From the human T2T-CHM13v2.0 reference genome, Homo sapiens, in NCBI RefSeq assembly GCF_009914755.1, contig NC_060947.1: a DNA stretch of 64,000 bases. One strand, given 5' to 3'. Below are positions 37,662 through 51,286 of the stretch, in pieces. How positions within the stretch are numbered: the stretch's first letter is position 1; each line of letters starts with the position of its first letter. The translations under genes and the position numbers were made by a program. The notes under the pieces were generated by a model that saw only the letters and a program-made list of their open reading frames with translations, was not told the origin of the DNA and ran no database searches.

Positions 37662-39031
37662 ACCAGGCCTACCTTTAAGGGGAAAGGCAATCTGATGAAA
37701 CCATTCACAGCAAATAGTTAATAACTGCAAGGAGGCTTCAACACTTTACCATTCACCATCCCCGATATCTAAATTATAGATACTCGACATAGAAAAGAAT
37801 CTTGAGAGTCATTTTATTCAGTGTTTCAAAAAACTTTGATTCCACTGGCCAGCAATTTATACTTTAATTTTCAAATGTTTATAAGAAGACTAACATTGTT
37901 GCCATCTTTTTGGTTAAATAAAAACATTTTTAAAGTTTTTCATCTAACATCATTTTTAAAGACATTTCATAACTAAAAAAGTAAATAAATTTATCTTCAT
38001 TAAACTTTATATATTTTACTTGTTTTTTTAATTATGCCATTACCTGATTTTTCCCTCCAACATCCCTACATACAGTTATCTTGAGATGTTTGAACATCAC
38101 AAGAGACATAGACCGTCCATTTAATTTAGGGTCAGCTGTTACTCTTAGAAAATTCCTGTTTTAATATAGACAACATTTGACTCCCTTTAACTTCCATGTA
38201 TTGATGTAACTCTCCCTGTTGGAGTCATAAAGATCAACTTGAATCCTTCTTCTATATAATAGTTCTTTGAATGTTTGAAGACCTCTATTCTGCTTTAATC
38301 CCCCAACCCCCAGCCTGCATTAAACAAACAGAATTGTCTCTTCTAAAACTAAATATCCTCCAATTTTTTTTCATGTGATGTGGGCTTTCTTCATTTTTAT
38401 CATCTTAGTCACTCTCCTACTATTTCAAGTATTTTTTATAATGGCTGACTTGACTGATTGAATGAATAAAATTATGTCCCCCTGAATAGACTTCAGTTTT
38501 TCAATAACTCTTTTCAAACGTGGCACTAATATCTGGATTGAGACCTTTAGAGGTCTTACATATCAAAAAGATTATGATGCCCTTCCTTTGCACCTCCATG
38601 TGTAATGTAAAATAAAACATAACTGAAAACCAGATGAAATATATTGCTTTTCCTGAATGACACAACATTACAGGAATGCTGATAATGGAGGCACCTAATA
38701 TTAAGAACAGAACTCGAGATGTACATTGATGCACATGGAGCAAAATAAAGCTCTCATTAACTCCCTTACAAACAACACCTTGACTACAAGAGAGCTAAAA
38801 CATGTTGCCTTAACCAGTAAATCAACAGAATAATCAACTCTGTCAAATAGTTGAGTAAATTTTTACGACTAGAACAGTTGTTTGAATCCGTAGACTCTGC
38901 CAGTTGTAACATATGAAGACTCAGTAGGATTATTCTCCAAGGTTTTATTCTTTGAACATGCAGAATAACTCACCTTCAATAACTTCATAAAGTTAGCAAT
39001 AAAAAAGTAGCATATTCTTTTTGATTTTAAC

Positions 39032-39379
39032 TTTTTTATTTTAATAGTTTTGGGGATATAGGTGGTTTTTGGTTACATGGACAAGTTTGTTCGTGGTGAT
39101 TTCAGAGATTTTGGTGAGCCCGTTATCTGGGAAGTGTATGCTGTATGCAGTTTTTTATCCCTCACCCCCCCTCAACCTTCGCCCCAAGTCTCCAAAGTCC
39201 ATTATATAATTCCTATGCCTTTACACCCTCAAAGCTTAGCTCTCAGTTACAAGTGAGAACATATGATATTTGGTTTTCCACTCCTGAGCTACTTTTCTTA
39301 GATTTATGGGCTCCAGCTCCATCCAAGGTGCTGCAAATGCCATTATTTTGTTCTTTTTTATGGCTGAGTAGTATTCCTT

Positions 39380-39425
<46 letters not shown>

Positions 39426-39801
39426 CACATATATATACACACATATATACATACACATATATATGTATATATATATACACAAATATATATACATATCTCA
39501 CATATTCTTAATCTGCTTGTTGGTTGATGTGCATTTAGGTTAGTTCCATATTTTTGAAATTGCAGTTGTGCTGCTATAAACATGTGTGCGTGTGTCTTTT
39601 TCATATAACATTTTTCTTTGGGTAGATGCCCAGTAGTAGGATTGCTGGATAAAATGGTAGTTCTATTTTTAGTCCTTTAAGGAATATCCATACTGTTTTC
39701 CATAGTGGTTGAACTAGTTTGCATTCCCACCAGCATTGTAAAAGTGTTCCCTTTTCACAACATCCATGCCAACATCTATTATTTTTTGATTTTAAATTAT
39801 G
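39032..39801 (-). mobile_element. L1PB1-like 3' end
   Basis: ggtggtttttggttacatggacaag..gtggtgatttcagagattttggtg, the typical L1PB 3'UTR in reverse. Confidence 0.9.
39381..39496 (+). repeat. (TG)n followed by TA/CA-rich microsatellite
   Basis: Direct reading. Confidence 0.95.
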
Positions 39802-40485
39802 AATAAAAGATGCCTGTCAGATTTGAATAGCTGAAACACTGGGACAGGAGCAAGGCTATGAGGTGAATAACTTTCCTTTCTGGCCTGGCAGGGAATCTGA
39901 GGTAGCTTCCACTCTTTACCCTGATTAAACCTCAGTGCATGTTATAAAGATCTCTCTCCAACCAACCTCATTAAGGCCAAGACCTCAGCACATCATTGGG
40001 TATTAATCTACCCACCTGCCTTAGCTACAACTGCCTTAGCTACCCAGGGATATCTCCCTTATTGGCCTGAAGCCTGAATTGTCAACTCAGTAAATAAAGT
40101 ACTGGGTAAAGTGCAAATAAATAAAGTGTGCACCACTAGAGAACAAGGTACACTTCAAGAGGACCCGGCCATTTCAACCCCGTAAGAGACAGTGAACTCT
40201 CCCCACACCAAGAATGTAACTACTACAACTAGCATCTGGTAAAGCCAGTGCACAAAGACTCTCTATAACTAAGGAACTCATAAAGTTTTAACCCCTAAAT
40301 GCACCAAGAATCATATTAGGCTCAAATAAATATTAAAGTCAATTCTTAGAGAACAAAAAAAAACTTTAAAAATGCAGTCCAATTAAAAATAAATTCAAGA
40401 ACAATTTAAAAAAAATAGTCTACCCAAATGAGAAGGAACCAGAAAAAGTAACTCAGGTAATAAGACAAAACAGGATTCCATAACT
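39802..40485 (+). mobile_element. L1PB(a)-type 5'UTR end and ORF1 start, inverted relative to the adjacent L1PB1 3' end
   Basis: aaaaataaattcaagaacaattt..atagtctacccaaatgagaaggaaccagaaaaagtaactcaggtaat resembles the L1PB ORF1 start. Confidence 0.78.
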
Positions 40486-40939
40486 TTAATTTTGATTCAA
40501 CATAGTATTTGTTTAACTTACCTCTGGGCCTGCTGCTGGTTTTTTATCACTATAAACCCATTGGTGTGGGAAAAACTATTGTTACATTGACTACGTTTTC
40601 CTGTTTGTTTTTTTTTTTAACTTTTCAACAAAGGTTACAGTGAATAAGAAATAGAAAAGAGTCTTTCCACTTTTGCTTATGTCACTTTCTGTCTTCTACA
40701 ACTTTAAACTCTTAGAAAAAGTACCCTATACCATTGGGTTGGTTTGTTTCTTTTTCTGATTGTTTTGTTTTCTATTTCTTTATCTTTTTGAAATGACATA
40801 AACAACATCCTTTTTTGTTTTGGGGTTTTTTTTTTGCACATACTACTCTTAAGAAAGTATGTTTGGAGAGTATATATTACACTTAAAGAAAGGCAAAAAC
40901 AGGAAGAAAAAGTTTTACTCTATGCAAATACTATAAAAA

Positions 40940-43900
40940 TTTTCAAATGAAGGGATGCTGAATATTATCAACTGCTTTTTCAGCATTAATTGACATGATC
41001 ACATGGTTTTTATCATTCGTTCTGTTGATATGGTTTATCACATGAATTGATTGGTGTGTGTTGAACCATCCTTGCATACCTGGAATAAATTCTACGTGGT
41101 AATGATGAATGATCTTTTTAATTTATTATTGGATTCCATTTGTCAGTATTTTTTGGGAATTTTTATATCTATATTCATCAGCACTGTTGGCCTGTACTTT
41201 TCTTTTTCTGATGTATCTTTGTGTGGTTTTGGTTTCAAGGCAATACTGGCCTCATAGAATGTGTTTGGAAGTATTTTCTCCTCCTCTATGTTTTAGAATA
41301 GTTAGAACAGGGTTGGTATTAGTTATTTTTTAAATGTTTGGTTGAATTCAGTAGTGAAGTTATTGGGTCTCAGGATTTTTATTTTATGGAGAAATTTGTA
41401 TTGTGACTTTGATCTCTTTACTTGTTATTGGTCTGTTTAGGTTTTGGATTTCTTCCTTGTTCAGTCTTGGTATGTTATTATGTGTCCAGGCATTTGTCAA
41501 TTTCTCCTAGATTTGTGAATTTATTGGCATATAGTTGCTGACAGTAGCCACTAATGACTCTTTCAATTTCTGCAGTATCAGTTGTAATGTCTTCTTTTTC
41601 ATTTCTCATTTTATTTATTTGGATTTTCTCTCTTTATTTTTTTCTTTTTTAGTCAGGTTAGAGGTTTGTCAGTTTTGTTTAACTTTTCAAACATCCAACT
41701 TTTTGTTTCGTTGATCTTTTGTATTGTTTTCTTCATTTAAATTTTATTTACTTCTTCTTTGATCTTTATTTCTTTTCTTCTACTGATTTTGAGTTTTGTT
41801 TGCTCTTGCTTTTCTAGTTCTTTAAGATGCATTGAAGTTTTTTTTTCCTACTTTTGATGTAGGCACTTATAGCTATAAACTTCCCTGTTAGTACGGTTTT
41901 TGCTATATCCCATAGGTTTTGGTATGTTGTGTTTCCATTATAATTTATTTTAAAAAAATCAACTTCTTTCTCATGACCCACTTGTCATTCGGGAGCATAT
42001 TGTTTAATTTCTATGTATTTGAATAGTTTCCAAAATTTTCTTCTTATTAATTTCTAGTTTTATTTCATTGTGGTCAAGAAAGATGCTTGATTTTTTTTTT
42101 TCAAGTTTTTTTTAATGTTTTAAGACTTATTTTGTAACCTAACATACAGTGTATCCTTGACAATCATTTATGTGCTGTGGACAGTCATGTGTATTTTACA
42201 GCCATTGGATAAAATGTTCTATAAATATTTATTAGATCCTTTTGGTCTGTAGTGCAGATTAAGTCTGATATTCCTTTATTTCTGTTCTGGAATATATGTC
42301 AAATGTCGAAAGTGAGGTGTTGAATTCTTCAGCTATTATTGTTTTGGGGCTTCTCTCTCTCTTTAGCTCTAGTAATATTTGCTTTATATATTTGGTGCTC
42401 CAGTGTTGGGTGCATATATATTAATGTTTTAAATTGTTATATTATCTTGCTGAATAGACCACTTTATCTCATATAGTGACCTTTTTGTCTCTTCTTATAG
42501 TTTTCATCTTGAAATCTATTTTGTCTGATATAAGTATAGTGACTCCTGCTCTTTTTTGGTTTCTATTCAGATGGATTATATTTTTACATCCCTGTATTTT
42601 TAGTCTTTGTGTGTCTTTATAGCAAAAGTGTATTTCTTGTAGACAACAGATCAATGGGTCCTGTTTTTTCATCCATTCAGCCACTGTATGAGTTTTGATT
42701 GGAGAGTTTGGTCGATTTACTTCCAATGTTATTATTGATAAGTAAAGACTTACTGTTGCCATTTTGTTATTTGTTTTCTGGTTGTTTTGTGGTCTTGTCT
42801 TCCCTCTTTCTTTCCTTCCTGTGTTCATTTAGTGATGGTGATTTTCTCTGTTGATATGATTTAGTTTCTTGCTTTTTATTTTATGTGTATCCATTTTATG
42901 TTTTCTGCTTTGAGGTCACCATTAGGCTTTCAAATACTATTTCATAAAGCATTATTTTATCCCAATAACAAATTAACATCGTTTTTTATAAACAAACCAA
43001 CAAGCAGGCAAAAAAAAAAACCTAATAAAAACTCTAAGCCTTAACTGCATCCCCCTACTTGTTAACTTTTTGTTGTTGCTATTTATATCTTATGGTATGG
43101 CCTACATCTTGCTAAGTTGTTGTGGTTATTATTTTGATTTGCTAATTGCTTAGTCTTTCTACTTAGGATAAGAGTGGTTTACACAGCACAGTTATAGTGC
43201 TACAGTAATCTGTTTTTGTGTTCTTACTATTACTGGTGAGTTTTGTATGTTCAGGTAATTACTTGTTTCTTATTAACATCATTTTCTTTCTGCTTGAGGA
43301 ACTCCCTTTAGCATTTATTGCAGGAAAACCCTTGTGTTAATGAAATCCCTCAGCTTTTGTTTGTCTTGGAAAGTCTTTATTTATCCATCATGTTTGAAGG
43401 ATATTTTCACCACATACATCATTCTAGGGTAGTTTTTTTTTTCTTCAGCAATATAAATATGTCATGCCACTCTCTCCTGGTCTGTAAGGTTTCCACTGAA
43501 AAATCTATTGCCAGATGTATTGGAGCTCCATTGTATCTATTTGTTTTTTACTTTTGCTGCTTTTAGGGTCCTTTCTTTATTCTTAATTTTTGGGAGTTTG
43601 ATTATTAAATACCTTGAGGTAGTTTTCTTTGGGTTGAATCTGCTTGGTATTCTGAAACCTTCTTGTACTTTAAAATTGATATCATTTCTTAGGTTTGGGA
43701 AGTTCTCTGTTGTTATCTTATTGAATATACTTTCTACCCCCTATCTCTCTCTCTACCACCTCATTAAGTCCAATAACCATTAGAATTGCCCTTTTGAGGC
43801 TATTTTCTAGTTCCAGTAGGAATGCTTCATTGTTTTTTATTTCTTTTACTTTTGTCTCCTCTGACTGTGTATTTTCAAATAGTCTGTCTTCAAGCTGATT

Positions 43901-46005
43901 TTTTTCTGCTTGATCAATTCTGCTATTGAAAGGCTATGATGTGTTCTTTAATATGCCAATTGCATTTGTCAGCTCCAGAATTTTTATTGATTCTTTTTTA
44001 ATCTCTTTGTTAAACTTATCTGATAGAATTCTGAATGTCTTTTCTGCATTACTTTGAATTTCTTTGAATTTCTTCAACACAGCTATTTTGAATTCTCTCT
44101 CTGAAAGGTCACATGGCTCTTTTTCTCCAGGAGTGATCCCTGCTGCTTTACTTAATTCATTTGGTGAGGTTATGTTTTCCTGGATGGCGTTGATGTTAAT
44201 AGATGTTTTTCAGTGCCTGGGCATTGAAGAGGTAGGTATTTATTGTAATCTTCACTCTCTGGGCTTATCAGTACCTGTCCTTCTTGGAAAGGCTTTCCAG
44301 ACATTTACAAGGACATGGGTGCTGTAATTTAAGCTGTATCAGCTTTGAGGGCACCCAAAGTGCAGTAACATTGTGGTTATTTTAGACATGTAGAGGTACT
44401 GCCTTTATGGTCATGATTGTGGAGAATTCTCTGCATTACCAGGCTGAGATTCTTTTTCTCTTCCCTTACTTTCTTCCACACAAAGGGAGTCTTTCTATTC
44501 TGAGCCACCTAAAGTTGAAGGTCAAGTGACACAAACACCTCTTGGGCCAACACTATGACTGCACTGGGTCAGACCTGAAGCTAGTACAAACGTGGGTCTC
44601 ACTCAAGGCCTGTTGTAAACGCTCCCTGTCTACTGCCTTTTTTGTTAAGGTCTTAGGGCCCTACAATCAGCAGGTAGCAAATCCAACCAGATTTGTGTCC
44701 TTCCCTTCAGGTTAATGAGTTCCCTCAGGCCCCAGGTGTGTCCAGAGTTACCATACGGGGGTCAGGGACTAGATTCAACAACCTTAGAATTCTACTTTGT
44801 GTTCTATTGTGCTGCAGCTGAGCTGGCACTCAAACTACAAGATACAGACCTTCCCTCTCTTCCCTCCCCTTTCCAAACTTACTTTACCACATAGCCACTG
44901 CCACCACAGGCCACAGGATACTCCCAGCTATCACCAGTGTTTTCTTAAGGCCCAAGGGCTCTTAAGTCACCTTGTGGTGAATGTTACTTCACCTGGGATT
45001 CATGCTTCAGGGCAGTGGGCTCCATTTTGGCCCAGAGCAGGTCCCAAATGCCATCCAAGAGTCAAATCCTGGAATCAGGGACCCCAAGAGCCCACTTGGC
45101 GCTCTATCTCCCTGTGTCGATGCTGGTATCTGAAGCCAGCAAGCCTCAGAAGCTCATCCAAAGCCCTGGACATAGTACCTGGGTATTCTTGCTGGTTATT
45201 CTGGTCCCAAGGGCTCTTAATTTAGCAGGTGACAAATTCTTCCAGGACTGGGTCCTTCCCTTCAAGGCAGTAGGTTCCCTTCTGGCCGAGGGTGTGTCTA
45301 GAAATGTCATCCAGGAACTAGGGCCTGGAATGAGGCCTTCATGACTCTGACTAGTGCCCTATCCTTCTGTGAGTGAGCTGGTATCCAAGATGCAAGACAA
45401 ATTCCTCCCAACTCTTTCCTCTCCTCTCCTCAAGTGGAAGGAAGGGGTCTCTTTTGGAGGTGCAAGCTGTGCAGTCTAGTGTTAGAGGAAGGGTGATGCC
45501 AACATTCCCTTAGCTGCCCCAGCTGGTGTCTCAGTAGATGGGATGCTCCCCCATGATCCACTGTCTCTGGGCCCAGTTCAGCCCTAGGACTCATCTAAGA
45601 GTTTAAGTCCTTATAGCCTAAACTGCCTTTCAATTTTACTTAGAGATTCAGAGCAGTTTATACCTCAGTGGCAAGGTTTGCAGGAACTCAAGTTTAGAGC
45701 ACCGAGAACAGTAATTCCCCTATGGCTAGGGCTGGTTTAAATTCTCCCTCTGAGGACGGGTGTCAATTGAGTTTTCTCGAATTTTCTTTTCTGCTCTAAC
45801 AGGACAGTACTGAATTTGCTGCCTCACAATTTCTATGCTCTCCCTCTCCCAGTGCCCAGAGATGCTCTTGGCATCATGCAGCCACTGCCAGGGGATGGGG
45901 GAGGGGTGACATCAGCAATTCAAGATTGATTATTATTACTCTTCTGTGCCTCTTTCAGCAATGTGTAATTCAAACCAGGTACTATGAGGGCCCACCTGAT
46001 TTTTG
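40940..46005 (-). mobile_element. L1MA-type (L1M1/M2) element: 5'UTR, ORF1, inter-ORF region and ORF2 5' half; 3' part missing
   Basis: Minus-strand MATVSLYLSIITLEVNRPNSPIK..QDPLICCLQE (EN start); long GC-richer 5'UTR at about 44400-46005. Confidence 0.88.
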
Positions 46006-46681
46006 CACCCTACTCCCATACCGACCAGAAGGATCTCAACCACCAAAAATGTTACAAAATCACTGTCACTGTTTACCTAGTGATTTGTTGAGTATTATAT
46101 TATTGTAGTGTATGTTTTCATAATGTGCACCGTTAACTTTGCGCAATAATGTAAAATATCTCTTGCCTTTTTCAGAGATTTACCGTCTCTGGAAGCTGTT
46201 AGAAGATTGTTAGCTATTTTAATTAGTACAGACTGAAAGGTCTCCTGTAGTTTAATCTGCATAGAAAGTCACAATAATCTCTGGTAACCAGTTTGGCTGC
46301 TTAAAAATGTTTTTTAATTGTTACTTTTGACCTGGAAATGCATATAGTCATAAGCTATATTCAACTAGGGAATGTGTGAGGAATTACTATATGATATAAA
46401 AAGAGGAAATGTAACTTCCTGACTTAAATTAAATCTGATGAAGTTAGTAGCCATGTTATTAGAGACAAGATAAATGTCCAGAATTCATTATTTTGTTTCA
46501 AACTTAGTTTATCGTAAATCTTCCCCATGACATATAATAACTTTTGTACTGTTTTTCAAGTTATTTGATAGCAAGTTCAACAATGTAGGTGAATGACAAT
46601 GTGAGCAGCACGATAATGACTCTTCAGGAAAATCAGCCTTTAGGGCACAAGGTTAGAACTACATGGGCTTTTATTCAAATA

Positions 46682-46707
46682 ATATATATATATATATATA
46701 TATATAT
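46682..46707 (+). repeat. (AT)n microsatellite
   Basis: Direct reading. Confidence 0.9.
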
Positions 46708-48914
46708 TCAAAAATTTATGATTGATCTCATAAGACCATCAGCTAATATACTGTGTGGTTAAAGGCACAAGCTGATTATATATAACAAAATTTATATTAT
46801 GTGGTCTTGTTATGTTACAGAACTATGTATTAAAAGAAATGGCAGTCCAATTTGATCTGGTATAAAAAGAAAAAATAGTTAGAAAGCACAGAAACTAGTT
46901 TTAATTTTTCCCTATACAAAAGAAATATCAAATCACGAATATGAACAGCACTAGCTCAAAGGTTTGCTGAAGGTAAATCAGTTGAGATATATTAATTTTT
47001 CCACATATTTTATCGATGGACATTATTATGTAGTATTGCTTTTCTACAGGAAGATACATTAGGCTGAAATTTAAAATTTGGTAGGTAACTGATTATTTCC
47101 CACTATGTTAAAAATGTTTACACTGGAAATGTGTAGACAGAAATTTTTATTTAAACATACATATTATTCTTCTCAAATGCCAGAGACAGCCTTTCCAAGT
47201 CCTTAACTAGGGAGATGCTGACAAACTGCCACCCACCCTTGTATAGTAGTATAACAACTCCCACAACATGACCCTTCCTCTTGAGTTGTTGCTGTGCATT
47301 GGAACATTGAGTAGGTTAATTTAGTCTCTCTTTTCACTAGGGTTTGCAGATTTACAACTTTAATATTTCCGTTTGTTGCAAGCACATACATGATTACTTG
47401 AAAAATTTGCATGAGGAAGGATAATGCATTTTTGAGGGGGTTAAAATGATTGTGTTAAAGAACAGTGCCAAAATTCATCTTTAAAAACCCCTGAGATTGT
47501 AGAGATAATCATATATGACTTGAGCCATTAGGTACGTCGTTATGCTTGTCAAATACTCTATTTTGCTCCTAATAATACATTCACATATCCCTTTCTGTAC
47601 ATTGAAAGGCTGACTCAGAACACATCCCTGGTCACTGAAATAAAAATTAGGCTTTACTTTCAAATCATCTTCTTGTGTTTTAAACAATACCACCCACATC
47701 TCTCACATTTCATTACATACTCTAACATATGTCTTCACGGCAAAGAAGCAGAAATTTCTTGGTAGATTTTATCACACATATAAAGAGAATCATGTGACTG
47801 AAAAAGACCATAGAAGTCACCAATAAAAAGAGAATGGTGGTTTTATACATATGTTGGGAAGTTACTCATTTCCAACATTTTCAGTTAACAATTTGACTAT
47901 GTTCTTTTCATTTCCTTCACAGGGAGGGTTAGCCATTAAAAGAATAGAAACAGGAATTAATGCAAGTGCCATACAATACATGTAGTATAAATACAGCACA
48001 AACATGAATCCTAAAATAAACAACACTCATTTAATAGCTTAGCATGAGACAAGCAGTGTAAGAATAAAACTATAATATTACCACTTAAGCTCTCTATTCT
48101 TACCCAGTATTAAATAAATTGTTATTTAAGAGTTATTTAAAGAAAATTTAAATTTGAATGGAAAACTGTGTAATAAACATGTAAAACATTACTGATAATA
48201 CCATAATACTAAACTACCACTAAATGATTTATGAACCATTATTTGCATGCATTAAATTTTACCTTACAACTTTCTGATAAGAATAAACATATTGTGATGA
48301 ATTGTAAATCAATAGATTGCTAAAAATTGTTCTTGAATGTTCAAATATTAAAAATAAATTAATAACTATTTTCAATAGTGATAATGGGCTCTCATTACTG
48401 ATGAAGTTTATTATTTATCCTTAAGTAATTGGTTTAAAATGTGAATTTGTAGTATCTGCTGAATTATGTAATATGAAAACATTTATAAATCATTATGTAA
48501 GAATCCTAGTAAGCATGAAGCTTCTGAGAGCTAGTTTAACAAAAGTATTCACAGATATACAGACAGCAGGTCTATTCTTGGTTCTTCCTGTGTGATATTT
48601 TAGAAATGTCATTATCAATTTTCTGTTTATTATTGTGCTTTGTTTAAAGGGAATTTGCCAAGTGATCCCTGGACTCCAATCTTTAGGCCTATTGTCAAGA
48701 CAAATTAATTTCCGTGGAAACCCACTATGGCTCAGATACTACCTAGGAAATGCAGGATAAATGGAGTCTGTATACAAATATCTCTGTTTAGCTTCTTGGG
48801 GTTGGGGGAACAGGGAGGAACACCTGGAAGAAGTAGAAATTTTACCATATTTACCATTTACCATTCTCATATTTTGACGTAAAAAGCATAGTATATTAGG
48901 AGGCAATATGCAAC

Positions 48915-49084
48915 AACACTCTTCCCAGAACTTCTTGGACTAGCGTTACGTGCATAGGAATCACCGGGGAAATTTGTTAACATTAAGTTTCTGAGCAGTA
49001 GGCCTTTGATGCACTTGGAATACTGCCTTTATAACAAGTGATGAATGACTTCTCATCCAAGAGACACACTTCGAAGAGCAAGGG
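48915..49084. mobile_element. MER5-like hAT-Charlie fossil
   Basis: tgcataggaatcaccggggaaatttgttaa..ctgcctttataacaagt..cacacttcgaagagca. Confidence 0.55.
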
Positions 49085-49089
49085 CATAT

Positions 49090-49330
49090 ATACTCATCCC
49101 TTGGTATACGCAGGGATTGGTTCCAGGAACCCCGTGTGTACCCAAATCCATGCAATACTCAAGTCCTCCAGTTGGACCTGTGAGGTGGCCTTTCTCTATA
49201 TGGGAGTTATGCCTCATGCAGAATTCTGTAATTGTTGATACCGGCTTTGTTGAAGAAAGTCCACATATAAGTTGCTCCATGTGTAAGTGGGCATGAGCAG
49301 TTCAAATGTGTGTTGTTCAAAGGTCAACTA
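49090..49330 (+). mobile_element. MER2B-like (TcMar-Tigger) MITE
   Basis: catcccttggtatacgcagggattggttccagga...cagttcaaatgtgtgttgttcaaaggtcaact. Confidence 0.85.
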
Positions 49331-49345
49331 AACATATATATGTAA

Positions 49346-49348
<3 letters not shown>

Positions 49349-49378
<30 letters not shown>
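49349..49378 (+). repeat. (CA)n microsatellite
   Basis: Direct reading. Confidence 0.95.
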
Positions 49379-49379
<1 letters not shown>

Positions 49380-49475
49380 TTAACCTTCATGAGTCTCAGT
49401 TTTCTAATTGGTCCAATTGAACTAACAACTTCTGCCCTATGTCCTCAAAAGTTTATTGGGAAGATCAAAATAAAT
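49380..49475 (+). mobile_element. MIR fragment
   Basis: ttaaccttcatgagtctcagttttctaatt..ctgccctatgtcctcaaaagtttattgggaagatcaaa resembles the MIR core. Confidence 0.6.
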
Positions 49476-49539
49476 ATTTGGGAATTTGTTTTATACAAAT
49501 TTAAAGCAAAGGTTTCCTTTTAAGCAAGAATCATTATTT

Positions 49540-49647
49540 ATGATTGACAGGTATTAGCTGAGTGGCTACCATGTGTTCAGCACTGTGCTAGATGCTTTAA
49601 GACCAAAGGAATAAATGATCCCTATTCTAAGAGTTTATAATCCAGCT
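49540..49647 (-). mobile_element. L2 3' fragment
   Basis: ctgagtggctaccatgtgttcagcactgtgctagatgct..ccctattctaagagtttataatccag. Confidence 0.6.
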
Positions 49648-49741
49648 ATATTTAAAACTAGTCCAAAGAAGTGCAGTATTAATTTGTACTTCATTTACAA
49701 TTTTTTCTCACTACATCCAGTACGTAGTAACTATTTTATTA

Positions 49742-50869
49742 CACTATGTCATGCTGGTAAATATTTATCAACCAGTTCTCTTTAAAAGGTATGAATATAT
49801 TAATTATATATATATGTGAATTATAGATTTTTCTGACATAAAGGACTTGAGGCACATAATTTACAAACAATAATAAAATACACAATATGCTTTATGTAAA
49901 TTCCACATAATTGGTTGCTTCTCAGAAAACACTTTGGTTGATTTTTGGCAACATTTTTTTAACTATAGTCAAACTATGTTTGTAAGTGATGAACAAGTGT
50001 AATTCAAGCATGAATCTTGGATGATATTTTTGTTTATGTTAATGAGAAAGATGAAAGTGAAACAACAAAGTCATGTGAAAGAACTTCACTCATTTATCAT
50101 TACTTGAATGACTTACTTTCTGAGTTAGATGATCGTTTTCAAACATTAAAACAATAGTATTTTCAATTTTGGGGGCTACTCAACAATATTGCAGCTACAA
50201 ACATGCTACACTTGTGAATTTAATCTGAATTATTAACATTTTCTCCAACATTTTCTCCAAATTAAACCAAGAGTTGGCAATCCTTTTATGTAGAGGGATA
50301 GATGGGAAATATTTGGGGCTTTACAATCCATATAGTCTCTGCTTCAACTACTCAACTCTACTGTTGCAGCACTGCAGCTGGAACTGGTTATGCTCCAGTC
50401 AAATTTTATTTACTAAATCAGATGGCAAGCTAGATTTGGCCCATTAACTGAAGTTTGCTGACCCTTAGGTTAAAGAATCAAGAAAACAATAAATCATACC
50501 CTGATTTGTAGCTCTTGCCTATTTCCTTAGTGCAAATACTTGGAAAGAGTTGTACAGTGGCATATCATTATAAAGTATTCCCATTATAAAATTCTCTCAT
50601 TGTAAAGTATTCCTATTGTGTAAATACAATTACCATTATGTAACTATGATAGCTGTAAATAACTTCAAGAGCATACATAATAGTAAAATGTAGTAAAATA
50701 ATTAAGAAGTGATAAGTACTTGTTATCTTTGTTTTTATTATAATTTATTTAATTGTAAGTTTACAAAATTTACCTTTAATGATGGCTCTGTTTAACATCT
50801 GGCTCAAAAAATTCTTGAAATTTTAACTCAGCTCTTGTTAGCCAATAACAGCCAGCTCCAGGATGCCAT
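49742..50869 (-). mobile_element. MER63-like (hAT-Blackjack) DNA transposon fossil
   Basis: Ends resemble catgctggtaaatattt..aacc and cagccagctccaggatgccatt; internal aatagtaaaatgtagtaaaataattaagaagtgat. Confidence 0.75.
50268..50467 (+). mobile_element. MER58A nested in MER63
   Basis: caagagttggcaa...caactactcaactct...gatttggccca..agtttgctgaccc (degenerate TIRs). Confidence 0.8.
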
Positions 50870-51286
50870 TAATTAACAGAAATGGATTTAATTGCACATC
50901 TTCACCTCTCAACCACTTGGGTTGATACCACATGGATGAGGGCTTGAGTGGGGAAAAAATTTTGGGTTTTCCTACTTCTACACCACTCTCCTCACCTCAT
51001 CACCAACTTCCTGCTTCCTTGAGCTAAAAAGAGAAAATAAATATTGAAGAAGGGGAAATGGAGAAAAAGAAAGAAGCATAGATGACAGGGAAAGTAGTGA
51101 AAGCTGGCAGAAGTAGTGAAAGCCTTACATACCAAATTTTCTATTCTATCACTAGCATAAAAATAAAATAATGGACCTCGTATGGTGGCTCGCACCTGTC
51201 ATCCCAGCACTTTGGGAGGCTGAAGCAGGAGGATTACTTGAGGCCAGGAGTTTGAGACTAGAGTGGGCAACATAGTGAGACTCCAT

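Noticed and set aside
38290-38420. Possible L3/CR1 or MIR3 fossil
   Set aside because: Similarity is too faint to call by eye
39145-39604. ORFs with CVCV and THTH runs
   Set aside because: Translations of the (TG)n/(TA)n microsatellite within an L1PB
47203-47699. Two minus-strand ORFs (69 and 72 aa) as exons of a host gene
   Set aside because: No recognisable homology, and splice signals are weak or incomplete
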